A DNA stretch of 63,375 nucleotides, the filler included, from Neoconidiobolus thromboides FSU 785 (lineage: Eukaryota; Fungi; Entomophthoromycota): the NCBI GenBank assembly GCA_025603075.1. It is 4 parts of 4 records of this genome, joined end to end, with 100 filler letters (N's around TTAATTAATTAA, not from the genome) between each part and the next. Parts side by side here need not be neighbours in the genome. Positions count along the whole stretch, not along the records: positions 49,592 to 63,375 come from MU626612.1; 3 more parts are not named here. The stretch is one strand, 5' to 3'. Of the stretch, positions 61,430 to 63,375 are shown piece after piece. A model generated the notes under the pieces. The model worked only from the letters and a program-made list of their open reading frames with translations, had not been told where the DNA came from and did not search any database. Made by a program: the position numbers and the translations under genes. Each line of letters begins with the position of its first letter. The first letter of the stretch is position 1.

Positions 61430-62516
61430 TGTGATTAATCAACTACTTTTTAAATCAACTATATTAAATATAAAAATTACAATTGAAGTTTTAATGGAGT
61501 TTTCTATATTTACCTTTATTTTGTGTTGATTTACACTACTCGTCAAAAGTTTTGTGTCTCAAACTTTTAAAATTGTGACTATCAAATTAGAAAATATCTT
61601 TTTAGTTTTCATGCATTTATAAATTTAAAATTACAAAGATAAGATTCATAATATCCATAATTTTTAACCAATAATAGTTAGCTATTAGAGTAATTTGCAA
61701 CATTAATAAAATATCAAATACATTTGTACAAGTTTATTATATACCCTTTTTAGAAAAACATTCAATATGTGCAAATTACACTTTGTTTTATCTAAATGAT
61801 CTATGATGCTATTTAATGGAAACCCATTAATAAGCTATAACAGATATAGCTTCAATGCAACAATAACTTAGCTTCAATTAACCCTTCTATTTGTATCTTT
61901 AATAATTTAAACAGTCAACATTGCTGTTTAACCATTAAATTGGAGCAATGCTATGTATGTTTATTCAGTTGATTTTTATACTAAACAGTTTTATTGAGCT
62001 GGATTTAATAACTTTATTCAGTCTATAAATATAGAAATGTGTTTACAGTAAATTTACTATTATTATTATCCAAAAATTTTATCCCCTCCAGAAGGGTCCA
62101 GAAAATTTGTGGAAGCTTCGGTAATCCCAATTTTGCGCCCTAGAAAAATATCAACATCTACATACCCTTTCCTCACAATTACTGAGAATCTGTTTGAAGG
62201 TTGATTATCATAACTTATAAAGATTTACTCCGGCTCTTTAAAGCAGAAAATAAACGGGGTCATAATATACTCTACAAAAAGCCCATTCTGATGGATAACC
62301 CCCCTATATTGGCTTATGGGTGCTTTTTATTTTCTATAATGGTATGCAAAGCATTTGGATAAAGTTAATGACCAGATAGATGCATGGTTTTTAAGTGCAA
62401 ATTTCTAACTTTAGATAAAGTAGTTTTAATCAAAAAACTGCCAATTAATTAAAAAAGCGCTTACTATTAAAAGTTAGTAAGATTAGTTTAGCATTAGGTT
62501 AGGCCTATTTTAGGAT

Positions 62517-62604
62517 TAGAGATGTATATTTTTACTTTATTGATTTTTAATAACAACCTATCATAAAAGGATTTATGTCTTCTCGAAAAAAACATATACC
62601 TATC
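62517..62604 (-). mobile_element. Highly degenerate MITE-like remnant
   Basis: GAGATGTATATTTTT...AAAAAAACATATACC ends; the core is not recognisable. Confidence 0.3.
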
Positions 62605-63058
62605 TGGTCTCTACCCTCTACTATTAAAGCACTAATCTTGTTGATTTTGTTTCAAAACCATCAGTCAAAATTATATTTTGATAAAATAGTATACATCCCC
62701 TATCTGAATAAATTCTTTAAATAACGCCCTACTGTTTCTGGCCAGATCTTTTATTAAAAAAATTTCCAGTTTCTTTAATTATCAGCCTTTACTCTTCAGC
62801 TTAGAGAAATTTATTGTTCCTATATCAAGCTTCCCTTTACTAAAGAATTAAAAAATCACAGTTAACTCACAATCTATTTCTGATGTGTGCTAAAATATTT
62901 AAATTTACTCGAATCAATATAGCTTATTTTAGTCTCAGATCTAAACTAAAGTCATGTAAAATTTAAAAGAATTAAAAAAGCAAAAAAAAACGTATATATC
63001 GTCATATTTATTTCTAAGTAATATCTCTCTAATAGTCATCTAAGATATGATTTAATGT

Positions 63059-63184
63059 CTAAGGCCAGTGACCACGGGTTTCAAAACCATAGGCTTTATT
63101 AGCAGCTGGTTGGTTGTTGACCGGAACTGAAGTGATTGAGGACATAATGTAAACAGTGTAAGCGATGAGTAAAGTAACTTGCAT
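63059..63184 (-). CDS. Small secreted peptide precursor, 41 aa (MQVTLLIAYTVYIMSSITSVPVNNQPAANKAYGFETRGHWP)
   Basis: ATG at 63184, hydrophobic signal ending S-VP, GC content clearly above the flanks, TATATATA ~60 bp upstream. Confidence 0.55.
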   Translation of the reverse strand: MQVTLLIAYTVYIMSSITSVPVNNQPAANKAYGFETRGHWP

Positions 63185-63375
63185 TTTATCTATAAGTAAT
63201 TTGTATCTAAGGTAATTTGAATTAATTGAATGGTAAAGTACCACTATATATACTCCTTGATTACAATATATAATTGTGAGTAAATATTGATTTGGTTTTA
63301 TGGTATATATCTCAAATTAAGTTCAATAATTAGCCTCGTTTGTAACTTAATTTACATTAACAACACATGGTAGAT

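Overview
A very AT-rich eukaryotic (fungal-type) sequence with short spliceosomal introns. Gene content (trypsin expansion, Kelch-TM family, membrane-anchored UGT) suggests an early-diverging fungus such as an entomophthoralean; this is inference only. The window is four separate contigs joined by artificial 100-nt spacers (N44-TTAATTAATTAA-N44), so adjacency across spacers is not biological. Contig 1 (1-17356) is gene-poor and MITE-rich, bounded by ~410-bp inverted repeats, and holds one intronless MATA-type HMG-box gene (candidate mating-type gene) plus one unknown membrane/coiled-coil gene. Contig 2 (17457-36661) is a housekeeping block (triple-HMG protein, RPN3, tRNA-binding OB-fold protein, DCP2, STI1, a divergent PMT-like protein, a divergent CDK) whose ends share an identical 509-bp direct repeat. 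Contig 3 (36762-49491) has an expansin/RlpA-like gene and a trypsin cluster (one intact, two disrupted, one truncated). Contig 4 (49592-63375) has a membrane-anchored UGT, tRNA-Arg(ACG), three Kelch-like type I membrane genes (one pseudogene), a COPI-associated protein and a 41-aa secreted peptide. About 27 copies of a ~99-bp MITE (GGGGATG...CATCCCC termini, apparent 4-bp TSD) are scattered throughout. All calls come from reading the sequence by eye; no searches were run.
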